NCBI GenBank assembly: GCA_043228905.1
Contig: JBHGNT010000015.1
Coordinates: 14,818,001 to 14,882,000 of the forward strand
DNA: 64,000 nucleotides
From: Azolla caroliniana
Lineage: Eukaryota > Plantae > Polypodiophyta
Direction: 5' to 3'
This document shows, piece after piece, positions 63,701 to 64,000 of the stretch; position 1 is the stretch's first letter, and the number at the start of each line of letters is the position of its first letter. Below the pieces are notes generated by a model. It was not told where the DNA came from, did not search any database, and saw only the letters and a program-made list of their open reading frames with translations. Position numbers and translations under genes: made by a program.

Positions 63701-64000
63701 AACTACTAGCGGTCCGGATACGACAACTGGAGGGAAGACCGAAAGATGTAGCGGAAGCGTCACGCCGACAACAAGAAGCACGGTTCCAGAACAAAAGCCG
63801 GTTCGACACAAAGCACCGACTACGACCGAGGAGGATTGAAGAAGGAGATTGGGTGATCGTCTATGATAGTAGCTTGGACCATCAACATACAACGATGCGG
63901 GAATTCGCGAAAAGGTGGTTCGGGCCGTACGAGGTTCGGAAGGTCTTCGACAACGGGACGTACCGACTGTCCGAGTTGGATGGAACAATACTACGAGTGC
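60649..64000 (+). CDS. Pol (RT-RNase H-integrase) in the -1 frame, incomplete at the window end
   Basis: No stop seen in this frame, which probably explains its absence from the ORF track. Motifs PWNLKPIP, LRFIQDL, DLYSGYDQ, LPQGATNS, FLDDI (about 61807), VDTSPTG, EFHES...GHRG...CEKC, ANGKIERGH and WFGPY. Confidence 0.9.

Larger units (their letters stand above)
57818..64000 (+). mobile_element. Apparently intact Ty3/gypsy running off the window end
   Basis: Putative 5' LTR 57818-58580 (TGTCGT...ACGACA), PBS at 58585-58602, open gag-protease and an open -1-frame pol. Confidence 0.93.

Overview
Eukaryotic plant-type nuclear DNA. The repeat families suggest a seed-free plant such as a fern or lycophyte, but that is inference. 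About two thirds of the window is nested, mostly truncated LTR retrotransposons: three Ty1/copia families and three Ty3/gypsy lineages. It also holds a hAT-type MITE, LINE relics and a Penelope-like retroelement fragment. Two host genes lie on the + strand: a Trp/Tyr-permease-family transporter (36527-37942) and an intronless ATL RING-H2 E3 ligase (49137-49802). The most notable system is a gypsy lineage present three times: an apparently intact copy from 57818 to the window end, a decayed copy at 9438-12566 and a solo LTR at 34331-35325. It has a tRNA-Trp primer site, ACGT at its insertion sites, and a conserved GGATTTT slippery site with a predicted pseudoknot located after the protease. Also notable are a gypsy with an unknown extra 3' ORF inserted into a homolog of that ORF, and Penelope-type N-terminal motifs at about 27050-27205. 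All calls were made by eye; no alignments, folding or database searches were run.
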